Origin: Octopus sinensis
Taxonomy: Eukaryota
Assembly (NCBI RefSeq): GCF_006345805.1
Contig: NC_042998.1
Location: 152,582,001 to 152,646,000, forward strand
Length of the DNA stretch: 64,000 nucleotides
Direction of reading: 5' to 3'
This document shows positions 51,515 to 64,000 of the stretch, one piece after another. The position numbers and the translations under genes were made by a program. Under the pieces are notes generated by a model, which saw nothing but the letters and a program-made list of their open reading frames with translations, did not search any database and was not told the origin of the DNA. How positions within the stretch are numbered: position 1 is the stretch's first letter; the number at the start of each line of letters is the position of its first letter.

Positions 51515-52497
51515 GGGGGGGGGGTGCAGAAATATTGGGGAGCACCAGTGGGAGGGGTGGTTCAGAGGACAGGTACTAGGCAAGTAGAACGTAGGATATC
51601 GAGAGAGGGGTAATGCATGGTGAAATAGCGTATTGATGAGGGGGGTTCAAAGAGTAGACACCTATAATGGTGGTGGGGGGGTGCAGAAATATAGGGGAGC
51701 ACCAGTGGGAGGGGTGGTTCAGAGGACAGGTTCTAGGCAAGTAGAACGTAGGATATCGAGAGAGGGGTAATGCATGGTGAAATGGCGTATTGAAGAGGGG
51801 GGTTCAAAGAGTAGACACCTATAATGGTGGTGGGGGGGTGCAGAAATATAGGGGAGCACCAGTGGGAGGGGTGAGCACCAGTGGGAGGGGTGGTTCAGAG
51901 GACAGGTTCTAGGCAAGTAGAACGTAGGATATCGAGAGAGGGGTAATGCATGGTGAATAGCGTATTGAAGAGGGGGGTTCAAAGAGTAGACACCTATAAT
52001 GGTGGTGGGGGGGTGCAGAAATATAGGGGAGCACCAGTGGGAGGGGTGGTTCAGAGGACAGGTTCTAGGCAAGTAGAACGTAGGATATCGAGAGAGGGGT
52101 AATGCATGGTGAAATAGCGTATTGATGAGGGGGGTTCAAAGAGTAGACACCTATAATGGTGGTGGGGGGGTGCAGAAATATAGGGGAGCACCAGTGGGAG
52201 GGGTGGTTCAGAGGACAGGTTCTAGGCAAGTAGAACGTAGGATATCGAGAGAGGGGTAATGCATGGTGAATAGCGTATTGAAGAGGGGGGTTCAAAGAGT
52301 AGACACCTATAATGGTGGTGGGGGGGGTGCAGAAATATAGGGGAGCACCAGTGGGAGGGGTGGTTCAGAGGACAGGTTCTAGGCAAGTAGAACGTAGGAT
52401 ATCGAGAGAGGGGTAATGCATGGTGAAATAGCGTATTGAAGAGGGGGTTTCAAAGAGTAGACACCTATAATGGTGGTGCGGGGGTGCAGAAATATAG
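51515..52497 (+). repeat. 157-bp G-rich minisatellite, 6 units plus partial
   Basis: gtgcagaaata at 51524, 51681, 51838, 52013 (18-bp internal duplication), 52170, 52327, 52484. Confidence 0.95.
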
Positions 52498-55400
52498 TGC
52501 AAAAACGAGGCGAGGCTGAAATAGTAAACAGAGTGGCGACTAGGGGGATCAGAATAATAATAATTAATTAATAATAATAATAAATAGAGATACGGATGAA
52601 TTAAAGTTCAAAGATTTCTTATCTTGGGATCACTTCGTTTACGGACAGACTTGGCAAAAGGAATTCGGAATCAAGAATAAGGCAGGTTACTAGCTTAAGT
52701 ATGCATAGCCATGGCGAGGGGTAGGAAGAGAGGAGTCCAGACAGACGACAATGTAAAAAGAGGGGGAGAGAAGGGAAGAGAAAAACCCCGCGAAGAATCG
52801 GCAGCCAATTTCTATCAGCCCTGTAAGGGAGATAGATCTTAAATATCTATAACGATAACTAGTGAATTATACAGAATATGCAAAAACGAGGCGAGGCTGA
52901 AATAGTAAACAGAGTGGCGACTAGGGGGATCAGAATAATAATAATTAATAAATAATAATAATAATAAATAGAGATACGGATGAATTAAAGTTCAAAGATT
53001 TCTTATCTTGGGATCACTTCCTTTACGGACAGACTTGGCAAAAGGAATTCGGAATCAAGAATGAGGCAGGTTACTAGCTTAAGTATGCATAGCCATGGCG
53101 AGGGGTAGGAAGAGAGGAGTCCAGACAGACGACAATGTAAAAAGAGGGGGAGAGAAGGGAAGAGAAAAACCCCGCGAAGAATCGGCAGCCAATTTCTATC
53201 AGCCCTGTAAGGGAGATAGATCTTAAATATCTATAACGATAACTAGTGAATTATACAGAATATGCAAAAACGAGGCGAGGCTGAAATAGTAACAGAGTGG
53301 CGACTAGGGGGATCAGAATAATAATAATTAATAAATAATAATAATAAATAGAGATACGGATGAATTAAAGTTCAAAGATTTCTTATCTTGGGATCACTTC
53401 GTTTACGGACAGACTTGGCAAAAGGAATTCGGATCAAGAATGAGGCAGGTTACTAGCTTAAGTATGCATAGCCATGGCGAGGGGTAGGAAGAGAGGAGTC
53501 CAGACAGACGACAATGTAAAAATAGGGGGAGAGAAGGGAAGAGAAAAACCCCGCGAAGAATCGGCAGCCAATTTCTATCAGCCCTGTAAGGAGATAGATC
53601 TTAAATATCTATAACGATAACTAGTGAATTATACAGAATATGCAAAAACGAGGCGAGGCTGAAATAGTAAACAGAGTGGCGACTAGGGGGATCAGAATAA
53701 TAATAATTAATAAATAATAATAATAATAAATAGAGATACGGATGAATTAAAGTTCAAAGATTCTTATCTTGGGATCACTTCGTTTACGGACAGACTTGGC
53801 AAAAGGAATTCGGAATCAAGAATGAGGCAGGTTACTAGCTTAAGTATGCATAGCCATGGCGAGGGGTAGGAAGAGGAGTCCAGACAGACGACAATGTAAA
53901 AAGAGGGGGAGAGAAGGGAAGAGAAAACCCCGCGAAGAATCGGCAGCCAATTTCTATCAGCCCTGTAAGGGAGATAGATCTTAAATATCTATAACGATAA
54001 CTAGTGAATTATACAGAATATGCAAAAACGAGGCGAGGCTGAAATAGTAAACAGAGTGGCGACTAGGGGGATCAGAATAATAATAATTAATAAATAATAA
54101 TAATAAATAGAGATACGGATGAATTAAAGTTCAAAGATTTCTTATCTTGGGATCACTTCGTTTACGGACAGACTTGGCAAAAGGAATTCGGAATCAAGAA
54201 TGAGGCAGGTTACTAGCTTAAGTATGCATAGCCATGGTGAGGGGTAGGAAGAGAGGAGTCCAGACAGACGACAATGTAAAAAGAGGGGGAGAGAAGGGAA
54301 GAGAAAAACCCCGCGAAGAATCGGCAGCCAATTTCTATCAGCCCTGTAAGGGAGATAGATCTTAAATATCTATAACGATAACTAGTGAATTATACAGAAT
54401 ATGCAAAAACGAGGCGAGGCTGAAATAGTAAACAGAGTGGCGACTAGGGGGATCAGAATAATAATAATTAATAAATAATAATAATAAATAGAGATACGGA
54501 TGAATTAAAGTTCAAAGATTTCTTATCTTGGGATCACTTCGTTTACGGACAGACTTGGCAAAAGGAATTCGGAATCAAGAATGAGGCAGGTTACTAGCTT
54601 AAGTATGCATAGCCATGGCGAGGGGTAGGAAGAGAGGAGTCCAGACAGACGACAATGTAAAAAGAGGGGGAGAGAAGGGAAGAGAAAAACCCCGCGAAGA
54701 ATCGGCAGCCAATTTCTATCAGCCCTGTAAGGGACATAGATCTTAAATATCTATAACGATAACTAATGAATTATACAGAATATGCAAAAACGAGGCGAGG
54801 CTGAAATAGTAAACAGAGTGACGACTAGGGGGATCAGAATAATAATAATTAATAAATAATAATAATAATAAATAGAGATACGGATGAATTAAAGTTCAAA
54901 GATTTCTTATCTTGGGATCACTTCGTTTACGGACAGACTTGGCAAAAGGAATTCGGAATCAAGAATGAGGCAGGTTACTAGCTTAAGTATGCATAGCCAT
55001 GGCGAGGGGTGGGAAGAGAGGAGTCCAGACAGACGACAATGTAAAAAGAGGGGGAGAGAAGGGAAGAGAAAAACCCCGCGAAGAATCGGCAGCCAATTTC
55101 TATCAGCCCTGTAAGGGAGATAGATCTTAAATATCTATAACGATAACTAGTGAATTATACAGAATATGCAAAAACGAGGCGAGGCTGAAATAGTAAACAG
55201 AGTGGCGACTAGGGGGATCAGAATAATAATAATTAATAAATAATAATAATAATAAATAGAGATACGGATGAATTAAAGTTCAAATTTCTTATCTTGGGAT
55301 CACTTCGTTTACGGACAGACTTGGCAAAAGGAATTCGGAATCAAGAATGAGGCAGGTTACTAGCTTAAGTATGCATAGCCATGGCGAGGGGTAGGAAGAG

Positions 55401-56366
55401 AGGAGTCCAGACAGACGACAATGTAAAAAGAGGGGGAGAGAAGGGAAGAGAAAACCCCGCGAAGAATCGGCAGCCAATTTCTATCAGCCCTGTAAGGGAG
55501 ATAGATCTTAAATATCTATAACGATAACTAGTGAATTATACAGAATATGCAAAAACGAGGCGAGGAGGCTGAAATAGTAAACAGAGTGGCGACTAGGGGG
55601 ATCAGAATAATAATAATTAATAATAATATAATAATAAATAGAGATACGGATGAATTAAAGTTCAAAGATTTCTTATCTTGGGATCACTTCCTTTACGGAC
55701 AGACTTGGCAAAAGGAATTCGGAATCAAGAATGAGGCAGGTTACTAGCTTAAGTATGCATAGCCATGGCGAGGGGTAGGAAGAGAGGAGTCCAGACAGAC
55801 GACAATGTAAAAAGAGGGGGAGAGAAGGGAAGAGAAAAACCCCGCGAAGAATCGGCAGCCAATTTCTATCAGCCCTGTAAGGGAGATAGATCTTAAATAT
55901 CTATAACGATAACTAGTGAATTATACAGAATATGCAAAAACGAGGCGAGGCTGAAATAGTAAACAGAGTGGCGACTAGGGGGATCAGAATAATAATAATT
56001 AATAAAAATAATAATAATAAATAGAGATACGGATGAATTAAAGTTCAAAGATTTCTTATGGGATCACTTCCTTTACGGACAGACTTGGCAAAAGGAATTC
56101 GGAATCAAGAATGAGGCAGGTTACTAGCTTAAGTATGCATAGCCATGGCGAGGGGTAGGAAGAGAGGAGTCCAGACAGACGACAATGTAAAAAGAGGGGG
56201 AGAGAAGGAAGAGAAAAACCCCGCGAAGAATCGGCAGCCAATTTCTATCAGCCCTGTAAGGGAGATAGATCTTAAATATCTATAACGATAACTAGTGAAT
56301 TATACAGAATATGCAAAAACGAGGCGAGGCTGAAATAGTAAACAGAGTGGCGACTAGGGGGATCAG

Positions 56367-56398
<32 letters not shown>

Positions 56399-59398
56399 GA
56401 GATACGGATGAATTAAAGTTCAAAGATTTCTTATCTTGGGATCACTTCGTTTACGGACAGACTTGGCAAAAGGAATTCGGAATCAAGAATGAGGCAGGTT
56501 ACTAGCTTAAGTATGCATAGCCATGGCGAGGGTAGGAAGAGAGGAGTCCAGACAGACGACAATGTAAAAATAGGGGGAGAGAAGGGAAGAGAAAAACCCC
56601 GCGAAGAATCGGCAGCCAATTTCTATCAGCCCTGTAAGGGAGATAGATCTTAAATATCTATAACGATAACTAGTGAATTATACAGAATATGCAAAAACGA
56701 GGCGAGGCTGAAATAGTAAACAGAGTGGCGACTAGGGGGATCAGAATAATAATAATTAATAAATAATAATAATAATAAATAGAGATACGGATGAATTAAA
56801 GTTCAAAGATTTCTTATCTTGGGATCACTTCGTTTACGGACAGACTTGGCAAAAGGAATTCGGAATCAAGAATGAGGCAGGTTACTAGCTAAGTATGCAT
56901 AGCCATGGCGGGGGTAGGAAGAGAGGAGTCCAGACAGACGACAATGTAAAAAGAGGGGGAGAAGGGAAGAGAGAAAAACCCCGCGAAGAATCGGCAGCCA
57001 ATTTCTATCAGCCCTGTAAGGGAGATAGATCTTAAATATCTATAACGATAACTAGTGAATTATACAGAATATGCAAAAACGAGGCGAGGCTGAAATAGTA
57101 AACAGAGTGGCGACTAGGGGGATCAGAATAATAATAATTAATAAATAATAATAATAATAGAGATACGGATGAATTAAAGTTCAAAGATTTCTTATCTTGG
57201 GATCACTTCGTTTACGGACAGACTTGGCAAAAGGAATTCGGAATCAAGAATGAGGCAGGTTACTAGCTTAAGTATGCATAGCCATGGCGAGGGGTAGGAA
57301 GAGAGGAGTCCAGACAGACGACAATGTAAAAAGGGGGAGAGGGGAGAGAAGGGAAGAGAAAAACCCCGCGAAGAATCGGCAGCCAATTTCTATCAGCCCT
57401 GTAAGGGACATAGATCTTAAATATCTATAACGATAACTAATGAATTATACAGAATATGCAAAAACGAGGCGAGGCTGAAATAGTAAACAGAGTGACGACT
57501 AGGGGGATCAGAATAATAATAATTAATAAATAATAATAATAATAAATAGAGATACGGATGAATTAAAGTTCAAAGATTTCTTATCTTGGGATCACTTCGT
57601 TTACGGACAGACTTGGCAAAAGGAATTCGGAATCAAGAATGAGGCAGGTTACTAGCTTAAGTATGCATAGCCATGGCGAGGGGTGGGAAGAGAGGAGTCC
57701 AGACAGACGACAATGTAAAAAGAGGGGGAGAGAGGGAAAGAGAAAAACCCCGCGAAGAATCGGCAGCCAATTTCTATCAGCCCTGTAAGGGAGATAGATC
57801 TTAAATATCTATAACGATAACTAGTGAATTATACAGAATATGCAAAAACGAGGCGAGGCTGAAATAGTAAACAGAGTGGCGACTAGGGGGATCAGAATAA
57901 TAATAATTAATAAATAATAATAATAATAAATAGAGATACGGATGAATTAAAGTTCAAAGATTTCTTATCTTGGGATCACTTCGTTTACGGACAGACTTGG
58001 CAAAAGGAATTCGGAATCAAGAATGAGGCAGGTTACTAGCTTAAGTATGCATAGCCATGGCGGGGTAGGTAGGAAGAGAGGAGTCCAGACAGACGACAAT
58101 GTAAAAAGAGGGGGAGAGAAGGGAAAGAAAAACCCCGCGAAGAATCGGCAGCCAATTTCTATCAGCCCTGTAAGGGAGATAGATCTTAAATATCTATAAC
58201 GATAACTAGTGAATTATACAGAATATGCAAAAACGAGGCGAGGCTGAAATAGTAAACAGAGTGGCGACTAGGGGGATCAGAATAATAATAATTAATAAAT
58301 AATAATAATAATAAATAGAGATACGGATGAATTAAAGTTCAAAGATTTCTATCTTGGGATCACTTCCTTTACGGACAGACTTGGCAAAAGGAATTCGGAA
58401 TCAAGAATGAGGCAGGTTACTAGCTTAAGTATGCATAGCCATGGCGAGGGGTAGGAAGAGAGGAGTCCAGACAGACGACAATGTAAAAAGAGGGGGAGAG
58501 AGAGGAGAGAGAAGAGAGAAAACCCCGCGAAGAATCGGCAGCCAATTTCTATCAGCCCTGTAGGGAGATAGATCTTAAATATCTATAACGATAACTAGTG
58601 AATTATACAGAATATGCAAAACGAGGCGAGGCTGAAATAGTAAACAGAGTGGCGACTAGGGGGATCAGAATAATAATAATTAATAAATAATAATAAATAG
58701 AGATACGGATGAATTAAAGTTCAAAGATTTCTTATCTTGGGATCACTTCGTTTACGGACAGACTTGGCAAAAGGAATTCGGAATCAAGAATGAGGCAGGT
58801 TACTAGCTTAAGTATGCATAGCCATGGCGAGGGGTAGGAAGAGAGGAGTCCAGACAGACGACAATGTAAAAATAGGGGGAGAGAAGGGAAGAGAAAAACC
58901 CCGCGAAGAATCGGCAGCCAATTTCTATCAGCCCTGTAAGGGAGATAGATCTTAAATATCTATAACGATAACTAGTGAATTATACAGAATATGCAAAAAC
59001 GAGGCGAGGCTGAAATAGTAAACAGAGTGGCGACTAGGGGGATCAGAATAATAATAATTAATAAATAATAATAATAATAAATAGAGATACGGATGAATTA
59101 AAGTTCAAAGATTTCTTATCTTGGGATCACTTCGTTTACGGACAGACTTGGCAAAAGGAATTCGGAATCAAGAATGAGGCAGGTTACTAGCTTAAGTATG
59201 CATAGCCATGGCGAGGGTGGGAAGAGAGAGTCCAGACAGACGACAATGTAAAAAGAGGGGGAGAGAAGGGAAGAAGAACCCCCCGCGAAGAATCGGCAGC
59301 CAATTTCTATCAGCCCTGTAAGGAGATAGATCTTAAATATCTATAACGATAACTAGTGAATTATACAGAATATGCAAAAACGAGGCGAGGCTGAAATA
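52498..59398 (+). repeat. ~381-bp tandem satellite, 18 units plus partial
   Basis: caaaaacgaggcgaggctg starts at 52500, 52881, 53265, 53643, 54023, 54404, 54785, 55169, 55550, 55935, 56314, 56692, 57074, 57459, 57843, 58228, 58617, 58994, 59375. Confidence 0.97.
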
Positions 59399-59404
59399 TA
59401 TATA

Positions 59405-62400
59405 CAGGTACACTCACAGGCAAGGAACACAGGTACAAGATTTTCTGGGCAGGGAACACTGACGGGGTTGGAGGCGTGGGTATACTTATCGCTGAGAAAT
59501 GGGTAGATAAAGTAATTGAGGTAATCAGAGTATGCGACAGAATACTTAAGATTAGATTAGCGCTTCATCATAGTTTAGCAACCATTATATCAGCCTATGC
59601 TCCTCAGTCGGGGCTACCTGATGGACAGAAAGACCGATTCTATGACACTCTACTGCAGACTACCTCGTTGACGAACGACAGAGAACTTCTCTTTGTGGCT
59701 GGTGACTTCAATGGTCACGTTGGACGACATGCTGGGGGCTTCCACGGCGTACATGGAGGCTATGGCTCTGGTTCCCGCAACAAGGAGGGAACCAGGCTGC
59801 TGGAGTTCTGCGATGCAAATAATCTTATGATTTGCAACACTAACTTCAGGAAACCTACCAGCCACCTAGTCACCTACCGATCGGGCCAACATACCAGCCA
59901 AATTGACTACATCCTTGCCAGGCAAAGGGAGAGATGGCTACTTATAAATGCCAAAACCTTCCCAGGCGAAGAATGCACCCCACAACATAGACTGGTAGTT
60001 AGTGACTTTAGGATCAGGAGTAGGAGGACAACCAGAAGACGACCAACATGGAGAAGAAGGATCTGGAAGCTTAAGGATCCTGTGAATGGACAGAGATTTA
60101 GAGACATGTTACTTGAAGCCTTTGACGAAGTAGAAGGGGATAGTGTATCACATGGGGTAGAGGACAACTGGACGTTTCTAAGGGACAACCTGCTGAGAGC
60201 CACTGACCAGATCTGTGGCTGGTGCAAAGTCCCCTCTCGTCCCAAGGTAATGTGGTGGTGGAACAGTGTCGTAGACAGGGCTATTAGAGAAAAGAGACAG
60301 ACTTGGAAGCACTGGAAGAATGGTGGTAGCAGGGAATTGTATCAGACTGCTAAAAGGGAAGCTAGGAGACAGGTCTATCTAGCCAGAGGGGAAGCAGATA
60401 AGAAAAAATTTGCCAATGTTCTGCGCCGTGAGGACCAAAGACTGGAGGTGTTTCGCGTTGCAAGACAGTGTGTGAGAGAGAATTGTGATGTGGTGGGAGA
60501 GAAGTGCGTTCGCATGGAAGATGGTTCACTTGCGCTAAACGAGGATGCAAAGAGAGAGGCTTGGAGACGCCACTATGAAAGGTTGCTGAATAAAGAAAAT
60601 GAATGGGATAAAGAGAGCCTGCCGAACGTTGACCCGACAGAGGGACCAGCTATCAGGGTTGATAGTTCCTTAGTAGCTAAGGCAATTAGAAGCATGAAGA
60701 CAGGGAAAGCCCCAGGCCCATCAGGTATCACTGCAGAGATGCTCAAAATATCTGGTAGTGTCGGCTATAGCTTAGTCACCTGTATAGTTAATCAGGTAAT
60801 ACATAAAGGAGTCATACCCAATGACTGGTGTAGCAGCATAATAGTCAACTGCTACAAAGGTAAAGGTGATGCCCTAGATACAAATAATTACAGAGGTATC
60901 AAGCTGTTGGATCAGGTGATGAAGGTTACAGAGAGGGCCATAAGCCAACTAATTAGAGAGAGAGTTAGTTTAGATGAGATGCAGTTTGGTTTCGTGCCAG
61001 GGAAAAGTACCACTGATGCTATATTCCTGGTAAGGCAGCTGCAGGAGAAATACCTAGCCAAAGATAAGGCCCTGTACCTGGCTTTTGTTGACATGGAGAA
61101 AGCCTTCGACAGGGTTCCCCGATCCCTCATATGGTGGTCAATGAGGAAACTAGGAATAGAAGAATGGTTAGTGAGAGCTGTGCAAGCCATGTACAGGGAC
61201 GCTGCTAGTAAGGTGAGGGTTGGAAATGAGTACAGTGAAGAATTCCGGGTAGAGGTAGGGGTCCACCAAGGCTCAGTCCTCAGCCCCCTCCTATTTATCA
61301 TAGTCCTCCAGGCAATAACGGAGGAATTCAAGACAGGATGCCCCTGGGAGCTCCTCTATGCTGATGACCTTGCTCTAATTGCTGAGTCATTATCAGAACT
61401 GGAGAAGAAGTTTCAGGTGTGAAAGCATGGTTTAGAATCGAAGGGCCTGAGAGTCAACCTAGCTAAAACCAAAGTCCTAATAAGTAGGAAGGTAGACAAA
61501 TCACAAACGCCTTCAGGTAGATGGCCCTGCTCGATCTGTAGAAAAGGTGTAGGTAGAAACTCTATAAGATGCACCAAGTGTAAGCTATGGACACATAAGA
61601 GGTGCAGCAATGTCATAGGAAGGCTAACTAGGAAGATGGTTTTTGTATGTGGCAGATGCTCGGGAGCATTAACCTCTGAAAATCTGCAGAAAACAACTTC
61701 CGTCACTTTCCAGGGGGAAAAACTAGAAGTAGTTGATAGCTTCCGTTATCTTGGTGACCAAGTCAGTAGTGGGGGTGGGTGTGCTGAAAGTGTAACGGCT
61801 AGAGTAAGAATAGCCTGGGCAAAGTTTAGGGAGCTCTTACCTCTGTTGGTGACTAAAGGCCTCTCGCTCAGAGTAAAAGGCAGACTGTATGATGCATGTG
61901 TACGAACAGCCATGCTACATGGCAGTGAAACATGGGCCGTGACTGCTGAGGACATGCGTAAGCTCGCGAGAAATGAAGCTAGTATGCTCCGTTGGATGTG
62001 TAATGTCAGTGTTCATAGTCGACAGAGTGTAAGTACCTTGAGAGAAAAGTTGGACCTAAGAGGAATCAGATGTTGTGTGCAAGAGAGACGATTGCGCTGG
62101 TATGGTCATGTGGTGAGAATGGATGAAGATAGGTGTGTGAAAAAGTGCCACACCCTGGCTGTTGAGGGGACCTGTGGAAGAGGTAGACCCAGGAAAACCT
62201 GGGTCGAGGTGGTGTAGCACGACCTTCGAACTCTAGGTCTCACCAAGGAAATGACCAGAGACCGAGACCTATGGAAGTATGCTGTGCGTGAGAAGACCCG
62301 GCAAGACCAGTGAGAACAATCAAAATCAAATCATATATCAGAAAGCAGGGGTTAAGTGACCCATCCGTTCGTGTCCGCTGTCAGCCTCGTCTGGCACCCG

Positions 62401-63076
62401 TGCCGGTGATACGTAAAAGCACCATTCGCTCATGGCCGTTTGCCAGCTCTGCCTGGCCCTGTGTCGGTGGCACGTAAAAGCACCATCCGTTCGTGTTCGT
62501 TGCCACCCTCGCCTGGCCCCGTGCCGGTGACACATAAAAGCACCATCCGTTCGTGGCCGTTTGCCAGCTCTGTCTGGCCCCATGTCGGTGGCACGTAAAA
62601 GCACCATCCGTTCGTGGCCGTTTGCCAGCTGTCTGGCCCCGTGTCGGTGGCACAAAAGCACCATCCGTCCGTGTCCGTTGCCAGCCTCGGCTGGCCCCCG
62701 TGCCGGTGACACGTAAAAGCACCGTCCGTTCGTGGCCGGTTGCCAGCTCTGTCTGGCCCCGTGTCGGTGGCACGTAAAAGCACCATCCGTTCGTGTCCGT
62801 TGCCAGCATCGCCTGGCCCCGTGCCGGTGACACGTAAAAGCACCATCCGTTCGTGGCCGTTCGCCAGCTCTGTCTGGCACCTGTGCAGGTGGCACGTAAA
62901 AAACACCCACTACACTCGCGGAGTGGTTGGCGTTAGGAAGGGCATCCAGCCGTAGAAACACTGCCAGATCTGACTGGGCCTGACGAAGCCTTCCAGCTTC
63001 ACAGACCCCAGTTGACCCGTCCAACCCATGCTAGCATGGAAAGCGGACGCTAAACGATGATGATGATGATGATGAT
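59405..63076 (+). mobile_element. RTE-clade LINE, 5'-truncated, otherwise near intact (APE-RT-PHD)
   Basis: One reading frame 59410-62313 with only two nonsense codons (TGA 61420-22, TAG 62215-17). Motifs GDFNGH, QIDYIL, QFGFVP, AFVDMEKAFDRV, GVHQGSVLSP, LLYADD, RLRWYGHV, GRPRKTW. ~60-bp 3' UTR repeats and (GAT)n tail. Confidence 0.95.
62350..62900 (+). repeat. ~60-bp minisatellite (~9 units) in the RTE 3' UTR
   Basis: aaaagcacc recurs at about 62416, 62477, 62537, 62597, 62654, 62715, 62776, 62836. Confidence 0.9.
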
Positions 63077-63086
63077 ATATATATAT

Positions 63087-63341
63087 CATCATCATCATCA
63101 TCATCGTTTAACGTCCGCTTTCCGCGCTAGCACGGGTTGGACGGTTTGACCGGGTCTGGGAAGCCAGGGGCCGCACCAGGCTCCAGTCTGAATCTGGCAG
63201 AGTTTCTACGGCTGGATGCCCTTCCTAACGCCAACCACTCCGTGAGTGGATTGGGTGCTTTTTACGTGCCACCTGCACAGGGGCCGGAGGGTCCGGCATC
63301 GTCACGATCGGTTCGAGCATTTTAACGTGTCAGCGGCACGG
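63087..63341 (-). mobile_element. RTE 3' tail fragment, tail-to-tail with the full RTE across (AT)5
   Basis: (GAT)n-ATATATATAT-(CAT)n at 63056-63105, then the reverse-complement 3' UTR. Confidence 0.88.
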
Positions 63342-63806
63342 GGGCAACGAGGTACTTTGGGGATTGGGGTACTTTGGGGATCCAGGGTACTTTGGGGATC
63401 CGGGGTACTTAGAATGGGTAGGGGGTATGTGGAATTGCTGCAGAAAGCAGCCCGGGTCTTTGTAGTCACAGCATTTATCGTCACTGAGTAACGTAATTAG
63501 GTAGAGGAAAGAAATACAGATATTCTAGAGTTGAGTTGGGGAGGGGGGGGGAAAGATGGGAAGAGATGGGATTACGGCTTGAGGTAGCCTAAGGTTAAAT
63601 TTTGTAGAGAGAGAGATAGGAAAGATAAATCAAGTTATGGCGAAGGCTTGAAAGTAGCCTAAAAGGTTAAATTTTCGTAACAATGTATGAATAAACGTAG
63701 TAACAACGAATAAAAATAGTAAGATAAATTTTTAAGAACTTGCTGCGGGCATCGATCGAGAGTTGAAATTGAAGAAGAAAGTAAGTTGAATTGGGAATTT
63801 AAATTG

Positions 63807-63853
<47 letters not shown>

Positions 63854-64000
63854 CATATGTATCTTACTCCTCTACTTCTGGTAATGCTTTTCTTTCGCTT
63901 TCTCATATTCCCTTATTTTTTAGTAATGTCCCTCTCTCTCTCTTACTCCTTTACTTCTTTTAGTAATGTTTCTCTCTCTCTCTACACATGTGTCTCTCTT

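Noticed and set aside
51619-51645. GAAATAGCGTATTGATGA in the 157-bp unit as a permuted hammerhead
   Set aside because: No room for stem I between the putative site and core, and no stem II pairing.
52881-53264. High density of 6-bp palindromes (GAATTC, CTTAAG, ATGCAT, CCATGG, AGATCT, ACTAGT) suggesting synthetic or vector DNA
   Set aside because: Sites are scattered rather than in a polylinker, and a naturally diverged subtype exists at 18555 interrupted by a native LINE.
55289-57386. Recurrent ORFs MAADSSRG... and MQKRGE... in the 381-bp array
   Set aside because: They appear and vanish with single-base homopolymer indels between units; no frame conservation.
52498-59398. Array as CRISPR, 5S/tRNA/snRNA/SL cluster, or retrozyme
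   Set aside because: No variable spacers. No match to RNA genes I know; GATTCCGAATTCC is only weakly B-box-like with no A box. I found no CUGANGA/GAAA core or HDV, twister or pistol layout on either strand (CTGATAGA lacks the required stems).
61420-61422. In-frame TGA in the RTE as selenocysteine or programmed read-through
   Set aside because: It replaces a position where RTE RTs have Trp (TGG to TGA, one transition). A second stop (TAG) follows at 62215 and I saw no SECIS.

Overview
AT-rich, repeat-dense animal genomic DNA. The repeat families and gene structure suggest an octopod cephalopod (inference; species not determinable). One host gene is supportable: a 7-coding-exon STK19 orthologue (+ strand, 400-32967, 276 aa, all GT-AG introns with compatible phases), missed by the ORF track. 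Its 19.6-kb intron 4 is a nest of Penelope-like elements (PLEs) from at least three families embedded in (TA)n, plus a ~362-bp satellite array and a 100-N gap. The strongest hidden signal is nine hammerhead-ribozyme (HHR) folds from six unrelated repeat families. These include minimal dimer-type forms with a non-canonical U at core position 6, a form with AATAAA inside loop II, a pair locked in a ~660-bp palindrome, and one in the tail of a tRNA-headed SINE. Four lie on the STK19 pre-mRNA strand. Also present: an 18-unit ~381-bp array (same family as the intronic array, inverted) with 7-unit higher-order periodicity, a 157-bp G-rich minisatellite, a near-intact RTE LINE with a PHD finger, mariner remnants, fold-back MITEs (one with TTAGGG repeats) and a same-strand SINE pile-up. 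Coordinates were counted by hand (exon and ribozyme edges to the base, repeat edges approximate). Family names come from remembered motifs, not database searches.
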